64,000 nucleotides of DNA, from contig OZ241986.1 in NCBI GenBank assembly GCA_965204375.1, forward strand, positions 672,001 through 736,000, in the 5' to 3' direction. Position numbers and translations under genes: made by a program. Shown here in pieces: positions 19,004 to 30,369 of the stretch (positions are counted from its first letter, which is position 1; every line of letters begins with the position of its first letter). Source of the stretch: Candidatus Latescibacterota bacterium. Lineage in GTDB: Bacteria; Latescibacterota; UBA2968. Under the pieces are notes generated by a model that had not been told where the DNA came from, did not search any database, and saw only the letters and a program-made list of their open reading frames with translations.

Positions 19004-19894
19004 ATGTCTATTTCATCTGGCGCAGTATTGTGTTACGGTGTACTGGGTATCGATCAAATCGTGCAAGTGGCCTGGTTTCCCGAGCGCAATGGACACACGC
19101 GCGCGTTTAGAGACGAGGAATTTGCTGGTGGAGAAGCGACCAATACGGCGGTGACGTTGAGCGGATTGGGGGTTGACGTGCGGTTGATGGGGTGTGCAAT
19201 CGGAGATGATCGCAGGGGCGCGCTTTTTTTGCGCACGATGCGTCAATTTGATGTGGATATTCGCAGGCTCGATATAGATCCGAGCGTTCGCACCGGGCAT
19301 GCCGTTATCCTGTCTGATGTCAATGGTGGACGAACGATTTGTGGGCATTTTCCCGATGTGCGCAGCAGGCCACTAACTGAGGCGGATCTCGACGGTGTCA
19401 CCCTGTTGTCGGTTGATCCCTTTTTGGGTGAAAATGCAATCCGAGCAGCTCAAATTGCACGAGAGCATGATATAACTGTGTTTGCTATTGAACTGTCTCC
19501 CGATCACCCGCTTGCAAAATTCTGTGATGTGGTGATCAATTCTGACGGTTTTATGCGCCGACACAGAATGGGCATGCCCTCGGATGTGGCGGTTGGGCTT
19601 TTGAAGGCCGGTATAGAAACCGTGGTGATTACCAGGGGAAAACAGGGATGTCAAGTTTTTCAGGAAAATGGCAATAGTTTTGAACAGCCCGCATACCAGG
19701 TCACTGCGCGCGATACAACGGGAGCGGGAGATGCCTTTCGAGCCGGTCTTATTTACGGGTATTTGCAGGGATGGACGCTGACGCGCAGTGTGCAATTTGC
19801 CAGCGGAAGTGCGGCGTTAACATGTACCAGGGCCGGTGGAGCAGGGCATATTCACGGGGAAGAACAGGTCTTGCAACTGATTGCCGAAGATTGA
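19004..19894 (+). CDS. PfkB-family carbohydrate kinase
   Basis: GGEATNTA..L..LG, VITRG..G, DTTGAGDAF. Confidence 0.92.
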   Translation: MSISSGAVLCYGVLGIDQIVQVAWFPERNGHTRAFRDEEFAGGEATNTAVTLSGLGVDVRLMGCAIGDDRRGALFLRTMRQFDVDIRRLDIDPSVRTGHAVILSDVNGGRTICGHFPDVRSRPLTEADLDGVTLLSVDPFLGENAIRAAQIAREHDITVFAIELSPDHPLAKFCDVVINSDGFMRRHRMGMPSDVAVGLLKAGIETVVITRGKQGCQVFQENGNSFEQPAYQVTARDTTGAGDAFRAGLIYGYLQGWTLTRSVQFASGSAALTCTRAGGAGHIHGEEQVLQLIAED

Positions 19895-19930
19895 TTTTCA
19901 AAAGTTTTCTGATTATGGGTGGTATAGACG

Positions 19931-20191
19931 ATGCTGGAACAACGGGCTACGGTAAAAAATAAATTGGGCCTTCACGCGAGACCCGCGGCTTTGCTGGTAC
20001 AGGCAGCGGCTAAATTTACTTCTGAAATTACACTGGAAAAAGATGGTCTGGCAATCAATGGCAAGAGTATTATGGGTGTGATGATGTTGGCTGCGGAAGT
20101 GGGTTCTGTGATCACGGTGCGGGTCGAAGGTGAAGATGCCTGCACCGCACTGGATCATATCGTCGAAATGATTGAATCAAAATTTGACTGA
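19931..20191 (+). CDS. ptsH: Phosphocarrier protein HPr
   Basis: GLHARPA (His15), NGKSIMGVMML (Ser46). Confidence 0.97.
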   Translation: MLEQRATVKNKLGLHARPAALLVQAAAKFTSEITLEKDGLAINGKSIMGVMMLAAEVGSVITVRVEGEDACTALDHIVEMIESKFD

Positions 20192-20194
20192 GCT

Positions 20195-21979
20195 ATGAAA
20201 TATCTCAAAGGCATACAGGCGTCTCCGGGCATTGCAATTGCACCGGTGTATTTGCACGATCCAGAAGAGTTTCCCGTGGAGCAACGCCGGATAGATCCCC
20301 GCGATATTCCCGCAGAAAAAGCGAGACTGCAAGAGGCAATCAAAGCGGTGTCTGAGGATTTCTCGGCCACGCGGGCACATGTCGAGGACATACTGGGCAA
20401 AGAGCACGCGCAGATATTCGACGCGCATCTGCTCATGTTGCAAGATCCCATGCTTCTCGAGCTTACATATCCACATATAGAAAAATACAATGCCGAATAC
20501 GCTTTCTGGACGACTTTCCAGAATTTGCGTCGTCAATTTGAAGCGTTTCAAGATGATTATTTGAGAGAACGGGGTGCCGATTTATTGGGCATTGCAAAGC
20601 GGGTATTGGCCAAATTGGGGAATTGGGAAAAAGCAGGGTTAGACCGATTGCCCGACAAAGCAATTGTCGTTGCACGCGATTTAATGCCCGATGATATGGC
20701 ACACTTGCAACCCGATCGGGTTTTGGGACTTGTGACAGAGGTTGGTGGCCACACATCCCATGCGATTATTCTGGCGCGCGGATTAGAGATCCCCGCTGTT
20801 GTCAGCGTTGCCAACGCACTATCTAATGCGCGTATAGGCGATATCGCGATAGTAGATGGTCGCCGCGGAGATTTTATTCTCAACCCGGATGATAAAACAC
20901 TCGCACAGTATCGAAGCCTGGCTGAAAAACTGAGAAGGCGAAAGGCCGGGTTGGTCGATTCCCGAAATTTGCCCGCCCAGACTGAGGACGGCGTTCGGGT
21001 CGCGTTGCAGGCCAATGTGGAATTGCCCAGCGAGGTGCATTCTGCGATGGACTACGGTGCTGAAGGCGTCGGGTTGTACCGCACGGAATATCTCTATCTC
21101 GCCAGCGATAGTTTGCCCGATGAGGCCTCGCAGGTTGCCGCTTATTCGCAAATGGCCAGGCGCATTGCGCCGCATCCTCTCGTGATTCGCACCCTGGATC
21201 TGGGGGGCGATAAAATGTCGCATGTAATCAATACACAGACAGAAATGAATCCCTTTTTGGGGTTGCGATCCATCCGGCTGACGCTGAGGCACCGCGATCT
21301 TTTTAAAATACAGCTTCGGGCGATTTTAAAAGCGAGTGCCGTTGGCAATGTGAAGTTGATGTTGCCCCTGATTTCGGGGGTTGACGAATTGCGCGAGGCT
21401 CTTGCCGTGCTCGATGATGTGCGCGAAGAATTGACACGAGAAGGTGTACCTTTTGACCTTCAGTGTCCCGTTGGAGTCATGATCGAAGTCCCTTCTGCTG
21501 CGCTGATAGCCGATCAATTGGCAAGGGAAGTCGATTTTTTTAGTATTGGTACCAATGACCTGATCCAGTACACGCTTGCAGTTGATCGCGGCAATGATCT
21601 CGTCTCGTATTTATTCGATCCGTTTCACCCCGCGGTCTTGCGATTGATTAAGGGCGTGGTCGATGCAGCGCATGCACAAAATATACCGGTGACTGTTTGC
21701 GGTGAGATGGCGGGAGATCCGCGTTCTGGATTGTTGCTGGCAGGCATGGGGGTTGATAAGCTGTCTATGACGCCTTCGGCATTGCCCGAGGTCAAACGCG
21801 CAATTCGGAATACATCCTTTAAGCAGCTTCAGGCACTTGGCGAAGATGTGCTCAATATGCAGGAGATCGCAGATATTCGGGCGCGTGTAAACGCCACTTT
21901 ATCCGATGAGGATGACGAGACGTTCGTTGGCGGGGAGAGTGGTGAGACGACACTACAAATGAGATTGTCATTGTTCTGA
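20195..21979 (+). CDS. ptsI: PTS enzyme I
   Basis: GG.TSH..I.AR, GVGLYRTE, NPFLG.R.IR, DFFSIGTNDL.QY, CGEMAG. Confidence 0.98.
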   Translation: MKYLKGIQASPGIAIAPVYLHDPEEFPVEQRRIDPRDIPAEKARLQEAIKAVSEDFSATRAHVEDILGKEHAQIFDAHLLMLQDPMLLELTYPHIEKYNAEYAFWTTFQNLRRQFEAFQDDYLRERGADLLGIAKRVLAKLGNWEKAGLDRLPDKAIVVARDLMPDDMAHLQPDRVLGLVTEVGGHTSHAIILARGLEIPAVVSVANALSNARIGDIAIVDGRRGDFILNPDDKTLAQYRSLAEKLRRRKAGLVDSRNLPAQTEDGVRVALQANVELPSEVHSAMDYGAEGVGLYRTEYLYLASDSLPDEASQVAAYSQMARRIAPHPLVIRTLDLGGDKMSHVINTQTEMNPFLGLRSIRLTLRHRDLFKIQLRAILKASAVGNVKLMLPLISGVDELREALAVLDDVREELTREGVPFDLQCPVGVMIEVPSAALIADQLAREVDFFSIGTNDLIQYTLAVDRGNDLVSYLFDPFHPAVLRLIKGVVDAAHAQNIPVTVCGEMAGDPRSGLLLAGMGVDKLSMTPSALPEVKRAIRNTSFKQLQALGEDVLNMQEIADIRARVNATLSDEDDETFVGGESGETTLQMRLSLF

Positions 21980-22000
21980 TTTTTTTACAGGAGCAGGTTT

Positions 22001-23134
22001 ATGGGCCGTTTGTTTACGTCGGAGTCGGTTTCTGAAGGGCATCCAGATAAGGTGGCAGATCAAATTTCGGATGCTGTACTCGATGCTATGTTGGAGAAAG
22101 ATCCCAAATCGAGGGTGGCTTGCGAAACGCTGGTGACAACCGGGCTTGTGCTGATCGCAGGGGAAGTGACCAGTAAGGCTACCGTGGATTTTCAGTCGCT
22201 GGTGCGCGGCGTGATTAAAGATATTGGCTATACGGATTCGAGCTATGGATTTGATTACAGAAGTTGTGCTGTGTTGGTGGCTTTAGACCAGCAATCGTCC
22301 GATATTGCACAGGGGGTAGATACGGGTGGAGCGGGCGATCAGGGGATGATGTTTGGATATGCGTGTCGAGAAACACCTGAACTGATGCCGTTGCCCATTA
22401 CCCTGTCTCACCAATTGGTGGCAGAACTCGCGCAAATTCGCAAAGACAAAGGGCTTTCGTATTTGCGCCCCGATAGCAAAGCACAGGTAACGGTGGAATA
22501 CGACGGGGACGAGCCAGTTCGCGTTCATACAGTGGTGGTTTCGACGCAGCACGATGAAGATGTATCGCACGAGCAGATTAAGCGGGATGTGAAAGAGAAG
22601 GTGATCCGCGAGGTGGTGCCCACGCATCTTTTGGATGGAGATACAATCTATCACGTCAACCCAACCAAAAAATTTGTGGTGGGGGGACCACACGGCGATT
22701 GCGGGTTGACCGGGCGAAAAATTATTGTGGATACGTACGGTGGGATGGGGCGACACGGCGGTGGAGCATTTTCCGGCAAGGATCCGAGCAAGGTGGATCG
22801 CAGTGGGCATTATGCGGCGCGCTGGGTCGCCAAAAATGTCGTTGCTGCGGGCCTGGCATCTCGATGCGAAGTGCAACTGGCCTACGCGATCGGGGTGAAA
22901 AAACCCGTTTCAATCGCCGTAGATACGTTTGGTACGAGTAAAATTGAGGAATCAAAAATCGTTGATCTGATTGACGATCACTTTGACCTGACGCCGTCTG
23001 GCATTATTGCAGCACTCGAGTTGACCAGGCCCATTTACCAATGCACGGCTGCTTATGGGCATTTTGGACGCGGAGAATTTACATGGGAGCAGACGAGTAA
23101 AGCCAAGGTCTTAAAAAAAGCCGCCGGGCTGTAA
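22001..23134 (+). CDS. metK: S-adenosylmethionine synthetase
   Basis: [42 protein letters not shown]. Confidence 0.99.
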   Translation: MGRLFTSESVSEGHPDKVADQISDAVLDAMLEKDPKSRVACETLVTTGLVLIAGEVTSKATVDFQSLVRGVIKDIGYTDSSYGFDYRSCAVLVALDQQSSDIAQGVDTGGAGDQGMMFGYACRETPELMPLPITLSHQLVAELAQIRKDKGLSYLRPDSKAQVTVEYDGDEPVRVHTVVVSTQHDEDVSHEQIKRDVKEKVIREVVPTHLLDGDTIYHVNPTKKFVVGGPHGDCGLTGRKIIVDTYGGMGRHGGGAFSGKDPSKVDRSGHYAARWVAKNVVAAGLASRCEVQLAYAIGVKKPVSIAVDTFGTSKIEESKIVDLIDDHFDLTPSGIIAALELTRPIYQCTAAYGHFGRGEFTWEQTSKAKVLKKAAGL

Positions 23135-23163
23135 TATTTTCAATATCATCTTGCCAATTTTTT

Positions 23164-23192
23164 AGCGCGGAATTCATTTCCGCGCTTTTTTT
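23164..23192 (+). terminator. Intrinsic terminator between convergent genes
   Basis: agcgcggaa-ttcat-ttccgcgct followed by a T-run. Confidence 0.8.
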
Positions 23193-23211
23193 GTTCTGCG
23201 TAAATGCGTCC

Positions 23212-24573
23212 TCATCTTTCGAGGTCGTATTGTTTTATTTTTTTGTGCAAGTTGGTGCGTTCGATGCCCAGGGCATTGGATGCGCGTGTGACATTGCCTT
23301 TGTGGCGCTCCAGCGCCTCAGCAATGTAGTGTCGCTCAACAGCCTCGCGCACCTGACGAAGTGTTTTTCCCGCGCCGAGATCCGGGAAAGAACCGGGTTG
23401 TTTTGGAATGGTCATACCATCTAAAGTAGGTAAATCTTCGGGGTAGATGGTGTCTCCTGAAACCATAATTGAGAGGCGTTCAACCAGGTTTTTCAGTTCG
23501 CGGATGTTGCCGGGCCAGTCGTATTGCAAGAGCAGGTCTCGCGCTTCTGCCGATAGTGCTTTGGGTAAAAAACCATTTTCTTCGGCATAGGCTTTGAGGA
23601 AGTGTTCGGCCAGCGCGGGGATATCTTCGCGGCGCTCCCGCAAGGGCGGCGCTGTCAATGGTACCACATTCAGACGAAAGTAGAGGTCTTCTCGAAATTT
23701 GCCCTGCTCGACTTCGGCGTGTAATTTTTTGTTTGTCGCAGCGATGACGCGCACATCTACCCTAAAAGTTTTGGCACCACCTACCCGTTCAAATTCACCC
23801 TGCTCGAGCGCGCGCAAGACCTTGGCCTGTACCGACAGGCTCATGTCGCCAATTTCATCGAGAAATAATGTCCCTCCATCGGCCTGGAGGAATTTGCCAT
23901 CGCGCGTTTTGACCGCGCCGGTAAACGCGCCTCGATCACTTCCGAACAATTCGCTTTCAATGAGTTCTTCGGGAATGGCAGCACAGTTTACTTTGACAAA
24001 GGAGTTTTTCGCTCTGTGACTCATTTTGTGAACAGCGCGGGCAATGAGTTCTTTACCTGTGCCGCTTTCTCCGAGGATGAGGACGCGCCCATTGGTGGGG
24101 GCAACGCGCGCGATCTGGTCGCGAATTTCTGTCAGGGCAGGACTTTGTCCCACCATTTCATAGCGCCCTTCAATTTGTTGCTTGAGGTGGCGGTTTTCCG
24201 CGGCGAGTTCCCGCGTTTGAAGGGCGCGAGAAATCGCCAGGAGCACTTTGTCGCGATCGAGAGGTTTTTCCAGGAAATCATAAGCTCCTCGTTTGATGGC
24301 GAGAACGGCGTTTTGCACATTACCGTGTCCCGAAATCATGATGACTGCCAGATTGGGGCGAACTTCGAGGAGTTTGGGCAACAGGTCAAGGCCGTTGATT
24401 TCTGGCATAACAATGTCGAGCAAGACCAGGTGAATGCGTTCTTTTTGGAGTATGTCAAGACCCGCCTGTGCCGAGGCACAGGTGAAGACCTGATAGCCTT
24501 CACCCGATAGGATCATGTCTAAGGTTCGGCGGATATTTCTTTCGTCGTCAATAATGAGAATATTTTTGTTCAT
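23212..24573 (-). CDS. Sigma54-dependent response regulator (NtrX/NtrC family)
   Basis: Receiver domain, [30 protein letters not shown], Fis-type HTH. Confidence 0.95.
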   Translation of the reverse strand: MNKNILIIDDERNIRRTLDMILSGEGYQVFTCASAQAGLDILQKERIHLVLLDIVMPEINGLDLLPKLLEVRPNLAVIMISGHGNVQNAVLAIKRGAYDFLEKPLDRDKVLLAISRALQTRELAAENRHLKQQIEGRYEMVGQSPALTEIRDQIARVAPTNGRVLILGESGTGKELIARAVHKMSHRAKNSFVKVNCAAIPEELIESELFGSDRGAFTGAVKTRDGKFLQADGGTLFLDEIGDMSLSVQAKVLRALEQGEFERVGGAKTFRVDVRVIAATNKKLHAEVEQGKFREDLYFRLNVVPLTAPPLRERREDIPALAEHFLKAYAEENGFLPKALSAEARDLLLQYDWPGNIRELKNLVERLSIMVSGDTIYPEDLPTLDGMTIPKQPGSFPDLGAGKTLRQVREAVERHYIAEALERHKGNVTRASNALGIERTNLHKKIKQYDLER

Positions 24574-26018
24574 TGCTGTTCCTCCGGTTGCGCTATGGCT
24601 CGGTCGGGAATGGGGAGTTGAAGGTCGAATTGCGCGCCTCCTGCAGGGGCATCTTTGACCGAGATGTGACCTCCGTGATCTTCAATGATGTTGTGTACTA
24701 CGGCAAGGCCCAGGCCCATACCGCTTTCTTTTGTAGAGACATAAGGTTGGAAGATGCGCACGCGATCTTCTAAGGGCACGCCCGGTCCGCTGTCAATTAC
24801 GGACAGTATAGCTGTGTCGTCAGATGTGCGCGTGCGTATCTCGATCTGGCCGTTTTTGCCAGAGGCGTCAAGGGCATTTTCTATAAGATTAATCAGCACC
24901 CGACGCATCTGCTCGGCGTCGAGTTCGAGCGCGGGCTGATTTTCCTCCAGGTCGAGGTGAATGCTGGCATCCGGGTAAAGGCGAACGACATTGTGTACAC
25001 ACTCATTGAGGTCGCTGGGAGACAGCGAGAGAGATGGCATGCGGGCAAAGTTGGCAAATTCCTGAACCAGAGATCTGAGATTTTCGACTTCTTCTGTGAC
25101 GATTTCCGTGCAGTTGGTTACAAAATGTTGATACGCGGGATCATTACCAGAGTATTTGTCGCGCATTTGCTGCACGGCAAGTTGAATGGGCGTTAACGGA
25201 TTTTTTATTTCGTGAGCCAGGCGCCGAGCAATTTCTCGCCAGGCTGCAATTTGCTCGGCTTCGAGTCGTTTGCGTCTGTTTTCAACAAGGTCTTGCGCCA
25301 TCTGATTAAAGGATTCGATAAGTAAGCCGATCTCGTCATCTCTGCCTTTGGGGATGCGGTATTGCAGGTTATCTCGTCCCATTTCTCGCGTGCCTTTAAG
25401 TAGTGCGTTAAGCGGACGCGTGATCCCAAATCCAATGCGAACGCCAATCACAGATGCCAGAAGGACAACGCCTGCGGCGGCGACGAGAAAGGCGAGTAGA
25501 AATGCAGTGTGCAGATCGTCTTCTGCCATTTCAATATGTTTGTACGTATGTACGGCATTTTTGACATCGATGAGCGCCTCGAGTGAAAGCAAGGCAGTTA
25601 GTGCTCGTTGCGAATCGGGAAGTGCGAGTACCAGTTGAAGCTGATCGTTTTCTACTTTGGAGACCACGGGACCTTGCGAAAGGTCTATGTCGATCTGTTC
25701 GAGAGGCGAAACGCGCAGGGTCAGATTGTCGAGACCGGCATCTGCAAACGCGGCGTGTAAGGCATTGAGGTCGCGGTGAGGCGGTGCAGACAAAAGCTGT
25801 CCAATGTCCTGAAGTTGTCGTTTTTTGGCGTCGTAGTTCTCTTTTGCCAAAGAAAGCGCACTGGTCAGCGCACTGCCCATCTCGAGATTGACGTTGGTGT
25901 TGGTCTGAAGGCTCAGCGCCAAAAAGTGTCGTGCGAGTAGCGCGAGTATGAGCGTCGTGCCCAATGCCAGACCAATAAGGGAGGCGATGATGCGCCAGCG
26001 CAAGGGAATAGATCTCAT
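24570..26018 (-). CDS. HAMP sensor histidine kinase (NtrY-like)
   Basis: Two TM segments, HAMP, AWRE.ARRLAHEIKNPLTPI, N/G boxes. Confidence 0.93.
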   Translation of the reverse strand: MRSIPLRWRIIASLIGLALGTTLILALLARHFLALSLQTNTNVNLEMGSALTSALSLAKENYDAKKRQLQDIGQLLSAPPHRDLNALHAAFADAGLDNLTLRVSPLEQIDIDLSQGPVVSKVENDQLQLVLALPDSQRALTALLSLEALIDVKNAVHTYKHIEMAEDDLHTAFLLAFLVAAAGVVLLASVIGVRIGFGITRPLNALLKGTREMGRDNLQYRIPKGRDDEIGLLIESFNQMAQDLVENRRKRLEAEQIAAWREIARRLAHEIKNPLTPIQLAVQQMRDKYSGNDPAYQHFVTNCTEIVTEEVENLRSLVQEFANFARMPSLSLSPSDLNECVHNVVRLYPDASIHLDLEENQPALELDAEQMRRVLINLIENALDASGKNGQIEIRTRTSDDTAILSVIDSGPGVPLEDRVRIFQPYVSTKESGMGLGLAVVHNIIEDHGGHISVKDAPAGGAQFDLQLPIPDRAIAQPEEQQ

Positions 26019-26040
26019 GGTTGTGTCTCCAGGCAGAGTG

Positions 26041-26652
26041 TTATTCAGTCAGAAGATGTGGAAGTGCGCTGGGGCGAAATCTGAACAGGTCAATCCAATC
26101 TGGAGATGTGGCTCTGTCCAGCGTGAAAAAAAATTCGAGAAAGCTGCCTTTTTCAATTATCTTGAGCCATTGTCGCGTGCGTTCTCGTTGCTCGGGCGAG
26201 ATTGGGTTTACGTCTATCCGCACCTGCAATGTGATAGGCTCGTCGGGAAAGGGAAGTTGAGCCAGTGCGACTCTCTGAAGTTCAGAACACGCGCGTCGAA
26301 TGTCTTCAAAATGAGACGTTATCTGCGTGTCTGGCCGCGCGGATTGCCGGATGAGGCGATATTGCCCTTCCCAGATGTCGTGTTCCAAACGCCTGAGCAG
26401 GCTGCTTTGTCCCAGATTATCTCCGCGGCCTGTCCGCAGGCGAAATTGCACAGAGATAGATGTCGTCATGCCCGATTCAATGGCGTCAATAGCCCGTTTT
26501 GAAAAGAGAGAATCAATGGTTGCATCAAGGCGCAGGGTGTCGGATTGCACATAAATATAAAGACTGTCTTGCGGTATGTGTTGTGCAAGTAAGGGTTGCA
26601 CGTTGGCAAACAAGCAAACTGTGAGTGTCTGGATGATGAAGAACCGAGCCAT
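26041..26652 (-). CDS. DUF4390-like exported protein
   Basis: Signal peptide; AIESG...I, L.HDIWE..Y; position upstream of an NtrY-like kinase. Confidence 0.65.
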   Translation of the reverse strand: MARFFIIQTLTVCLFANVQPLLAQHIPQDSLYIYVQSDTLRLDATIDSLFSKRAIDAIESGMTTSISVQFRLRTGRGDNLGQSSLLRRLEHDIWEGQYRLIRQSARPDTQITSHFEDIRRACSELQRVALAQLPFPDEPITLQVRIDVNPISPEQRERTRQWLKIIEKGSFLEFFFTLDRATSPDWIDLFRFRPSALPHLLTE

Positions 26653-26659
26653 CTCGTCC

Positions 26660-27928
26660 TCACAGACCAATCTTGACGTCGGCAAAGCGATGTGATTTTA
26701 CGATGAGTGTTCCCGTGCTGATTCCAAAGCTGATATCTACGCGGTTAAAGAGCAGCATGCCCACGCCAAAGGCGAAGTCGGCATCTCGCCGATTGTTGCC
26801 GTTTACAGAGCGGTGTACACCGCCACTTTCGGCAAAGGCATATACCCGCCCCAGGGTTTTGAGATCGATGGCATAGAGGGCTTCAGCCGCAAAAAACAGA
26901 GTGCCACCTTCTGGCCCAATAACGCGGCGTTCAATGCCTCTGAGTTGATTATCCCCATCGAGATAAAAGCGTTCGTAAAAGGGCGGATTTCCCCAGACCC
27001 CCCCTGTTTTGACGCCGAGTGAGAGGATGTGTCTTGAGATAACTTGCTGGTGCCGATAGAGTTCCGTGCGAAGTTTGATATAATTTGCAACTGACCCCAG
27101 AAGTTTGGACGACAGTGTGAGCCGGGCGTTAAAATCCGTACCTTGCCCCCAGATCGCGCTCACGGGTTGTTTGAAAAGGCTAAAAGAAAGTGTGGAGAGG
27201 GCTTCCCGCCCTACGGCAGCTTTAATTTCGTTGGCGAATACCCCACCGCCCGTGGGGATGGAGGGGTGTTGAAAATCGCCGATTTGTATGGCTTCAAAAG
27301 CGTATTTTAAGACGAAATGGTAGGCGCGCAAGGGAGAGGGTTGACCAAAACCCATGGCAAATCCGATGCGCTCGAGATCGTAGCGCCCCCTGATATTGGG
27401 GTTTCGATCGCGAAAGATGTCGCGGTCTGCAGAAGACCCCGTTACTTGAATATGAAATGCCTGATTGGTTTTGAGAAAGAGCGGATCGCTGTAGTGAAAC
27501 CCCCAGTATTTGAAGCGTTCTCCCAAACCGTATTCTACGCCGACTAATTTTCCCTCTCCACGCAGGTTGGCGTAATGGGCATTTGCGGACGCGCCAAAGC
27601 CATCGAGTTCGGAATATTCAAGACTCACGCCGAGGTCGCCAAAGCGCTTTTCTTGCACATAGACCACGAGAATGGCTTTGCCTTTTTCTGCACCGGGTTT
27701 GACATTGACAAATGCAGTTCGGAAAAGCAGCAATCGCTCGAGGATTACGCGGCAGCGGTCGATATCCCCTTCGCGCAGGTTATCCCCCACTTTTATTGGT
27801 AAGACCTGCCGAATGATTTCAACACGAGTTTTTTCATTGCCGCGCACTTCAATCTTCTCTATTTCGTGTCCAATTTGCCCCAGGGCAGGGGTGGCAATCA
27901 GGCAGAGCAGGATGAGGTATTTGTACAT
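26660..27928 (-). CDS. Omp85/BamA-TamA family outer-membrane protein with one POTRA domain
   Basis: Signal peptide MYKYLILLCLIATPALG; I.V.GN.KT...I POTRA; NL.GEG; ERFYL.G...LRG loop motif. Confidence 0.85.
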   Translation of the reverse strand: MYKYLILLCLIATPALGQIGHEIEKIEVRGNEKTRVEIIRQVLPIKVGDNLREGDIDRCRVILERLLLFRTAFVNVKPGAEKGKAILVVYVQEKRFGDLGVSLEYSELDGFGASANAHYANLRGEGKLVGVEYGLGERFKYWGFHYSDPLFLKTNQAFHIQVTGSSADRDIFRDRNPNIRGRYDLERIGFAMGFGQPSPLRAYHFVLKYAFEAIQIGDFQHPSIPTGGGVFANEIKAAVGREALSTLSFSLFKQPVSAIWGQGTDFNARLTLSSKLLGSVANYIKLRTELYRHQQVISRHILSLGVKTGGVWGNPPFYERFYLDGDNQLRGIERRVIGPEGGTLFFAAEALYAIDLKTLGRVYAFAESGGVHRSVNGNNRRDADFAFGVGMLLFNRVDISFGISTGTLIVKSHRFADVKIGL

Positions 27929-28138
27929 GATGGTAGCACTCGTGTGGTTTTTAGATACAAGTATGCAAAAACCGTGCCCGTGTCGTGAGACTTTTCGGTA
28001 TAGAAATAAAATTTGGAAAAATAAGAAGTTGTGTGTATATCTAATGCCTGAAACCCGGTACGCATTGTGTGAAACAATACGACATGTGTATCTTTTTTGC
28101 AACAGTATTGAGGAATAATATTCTGGAGGGTGTAAATA

Positions 28139-28984
28139 ATGTCGGTTTCTCATATCCTCGAAAAACTCAAACGCGATGGGTTTTATGTGGTCGAAAACGT
28201 GATTCCCGAAGATGAGGTGGATGCCGTGCGGCAAGCCATAGTGGCAGCACAGGCGCAAAAACACGCGGAGTCTGAGGCGGCACTGGCCGCAACCCGGGCG
28301 CGGGGACATCGCGTCGGTGCAGAAGGTGTGGCGAGTTTGCGGCAGGTGATTAATGAAACGCAGATTTTTGTACCTTATCTGGCAAGTCGAAAGATGATGG
28401 ATGTGGTGGATGCGCTGTTTGGACCTTATGCGCGCGTTTCCTGCACCGATTGTGTGATCAATTATCCGGGCAATGAAAGGGGATACTGGCACGCGGATTG
28501 GCCGTATAATGCGACCAATGCGTCGCATGTTCCTGCGCCGTATCCCGATGCGTTATTGCATTTGTCATCTATCTGGATGTTGACGGCGTTTAATGAGAAA
28601 AATGGCGGGACATTTCTCGTGCCGGGCAGTCATCGATGGCTCGATAACCCGGCCGCAGGTGGGATGGACGATGTGGATCAGGATGCGCCGTATCCCTCCG
28701 AGATGCAGGTGAAGGGCGCAGCGGGCAGTGTGCTGATTTACGATAGTCGATTGTGGCATGCAGTGGCATCAAATCATAGTGACCAACCGCGCGTGGCATT
28801 GATTGTGCGCTATGCCCCGTGGTGGTTGAATTTGAATCCGTCGCATATTGGCAAACCCGAGCACGAGATGATGGTGGTGGAGACAGGTGGCAAGAATTAC
28901 GAGTCTATGCCATTGCAAAAGGAGGTGTACGACGGGTTGCCGAAAGATGTGAAGCCTTTGTACCGTCACTGGGTCGAACAATAA
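28139..28984 (+). CDS. PhyH-family dioxygenase
   Basis: RDGF, WHADW, NGGT..VPGSH, AGSVL..DSRLWH. Confidence 0.9.
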   Translation: MSVSHILEKLKRDGFYVVENVIPEDEVDAVRQAIVAAQAQKHAESEAALAATRARGHRVGAEGVASLRQVINETQIFVPYLASRKMMDVVDALFGPYARVSCTDCVINYPGNERGYWHADWPYNATNASHVPAPYPDALLHLSSIWMLTAFNEKNGGTFLVPGSHRWLDNPAAGGMDDVDQDAPYPSEMQVKGAAGSVLIYDSRLWHAVASNHSDQPRVALIVRYAPWWLNLNPSHIGKPEHEMMVVETGGKNYESMPLQKEVYDGLPKDVKPLYRHWVEQ

Positions 28985-29043
28985 TTCAGGTACTATTCGC
29001 AGGTTAAGAATATCGTGAAAATAAAAAATTAAAGGAGCAGACT

Positions 29044-30366
29044 ATGTCAGAGTTACAACTTGAGTCTATTGAACCCTGGGCGCCGCATCCGACCGCTGCG
29101 CCATTGACAGAACGCAGTGGAGATACACTGGCAATTGCCGCAAATGGGACGCGCACCTGTATTGGTGGATGGCAGGTCGCGTATTCGGGTGTTGAGGCTG
29201 GCAAAATATATGAGATCGTTGCTCAGTCGCGGTTTCAAGATGTGGAACAGGTGCGTGATGTGTTGCGCTGTGAGGCGTATTGGGGCCACCTGGATCGGGA
29301 CAGTGGGCGACGCAGCGAAGTTCTGTGCTGGGATTATCTTCTTCCCGAATGGAGTGGCGACACTGTGCAATTTTCACGGCGTCTCACTGCCCCGGAAGAT
29401 GCCGAACATTTGACCGTGCGCTATACGTTTCGCTGGTCGGTTGTGGGATCATCCGAATGGCAATTGCCCAAAGTGATTGCAACCGAAGTGGAAGAATCAT
29501 ACAAACCCGTGAAAATTTGTGTCGCGACGGGACGGCGAGAAGATCGCGACCGGCGGTTTGAGTCCATTCAGGAGAATGTCGATCTTTATTTGCCTTTGTG
29601 CCGGGAGATATGTGAAAAAGAAAAACCCGATTTGATTGTGCTGCCCGAGATTGCTTTGCAATACGGGGTTAAAGGGAGTCCATTGGAACTGGCAGTGCCC
29701 GTGCCGGGACCCGAGGCGGAGCCGTTTGCGGATGTTGCGTGCGATTATGGCGTATATGTGCTGTTGGGTGTGATTGAACGAGATGGTGATGCCGTTCACA
29801 ATACAGCCGTGTTATTCGCGCCCGATGGCGGCGTGGATGGCAAATATCGCAAGGTGCATCTGGCGGTGGGTGGCGAGATGGATTCGGGTATCCTGCCAGG
29901 TGATGATTTTCCCGTATTCGATACAGAGATCGGACGGATTGGGTGCAATATTTGTATGGATTCTTCGGCGGCTGAGTCGTCGCGGATGATCGGATTAAAC
30001 GGCGCAGACTTTTTGTTGTTGCCGATTATGGGTGATCACCGCGCGTGGCATCCGGAAGATCATACGTGGGATCCGGAGCGCTTTCGCGGGATTATGCAGA
30101 CGCGGGCGCTGGACAATCAGTTGTGTATGGTGGTGGCGGTAAATCGCGCGGAGGGTAGCTGTATTATTGATCGCACCGGGCATGTGCTGGCATGGAATGA
30201 TGGCAATGAACGGTTTGTGACCGCTGAGGTGAATCTCGTGGATGGATTCAGGCCAAAGAGTCGCGGGTGCTTTCGCGGGATTAACTGGATGCAGCGACGA
30301 CCACATACCTATCGCGCTTTTGTCGATGAAAAGAACGCGGGTACCTTGAAGGCTGAGGCGTATTGA
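29044..30366 (+). CDS. Carbon-nitrogen hydrolase (nitrilase family) with an N-terminal beta-rich domain
   Basis: LPE / YRK.H / ICMD catalytic E-K-C triad. Confidence 0.9.
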   Translation: MSELQLESIEPWAPHPTAAPLTERSGDTLAIAANGTRTCIGGWQVAYSGVEAGKIYEIVAQSRFQDVEQVRDVLRCEAYWGHLDRDSGRRSEVLCWDYLLPEWSGDTVQFSRRLTAPEDAEHLTVRYTFRWSVVGSSEWQLPKVIATEVEESYKPVKICVATGRREDRDRRFESIQENVDLYLPLCREICEKEKPDLIVLPEIALQYGVKGSPLELAVPVPGPEAEPFADVACDYGVYVLLGVIERDGDAVHNTAVLFAPDGGVDGKYRKVHLAVGGEMDSGILPGDDFPVFDTEIGRIGCNICMDSSAAESSRMIGLNGADFLLLPIMGDHRAWHPEDHTWDPERFRGIMQTRALDNQLCMVVAVNRAEGSCIIDRTGHVLAWNDGNERFVTAEVNLVDGFRPKSRGCFRGINWMQRRPHTYRAFVDEKNAGTLKAEAY

Positions 30367-30369
30367 GAA

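Noticed and set aside
27929-28528. N-terminal 200 aa of the 622-aa ORF 26660-28528
   Set aside because: Overlaps the PhyH gene on the opposite strand; the signal peptide places the real start at 27928
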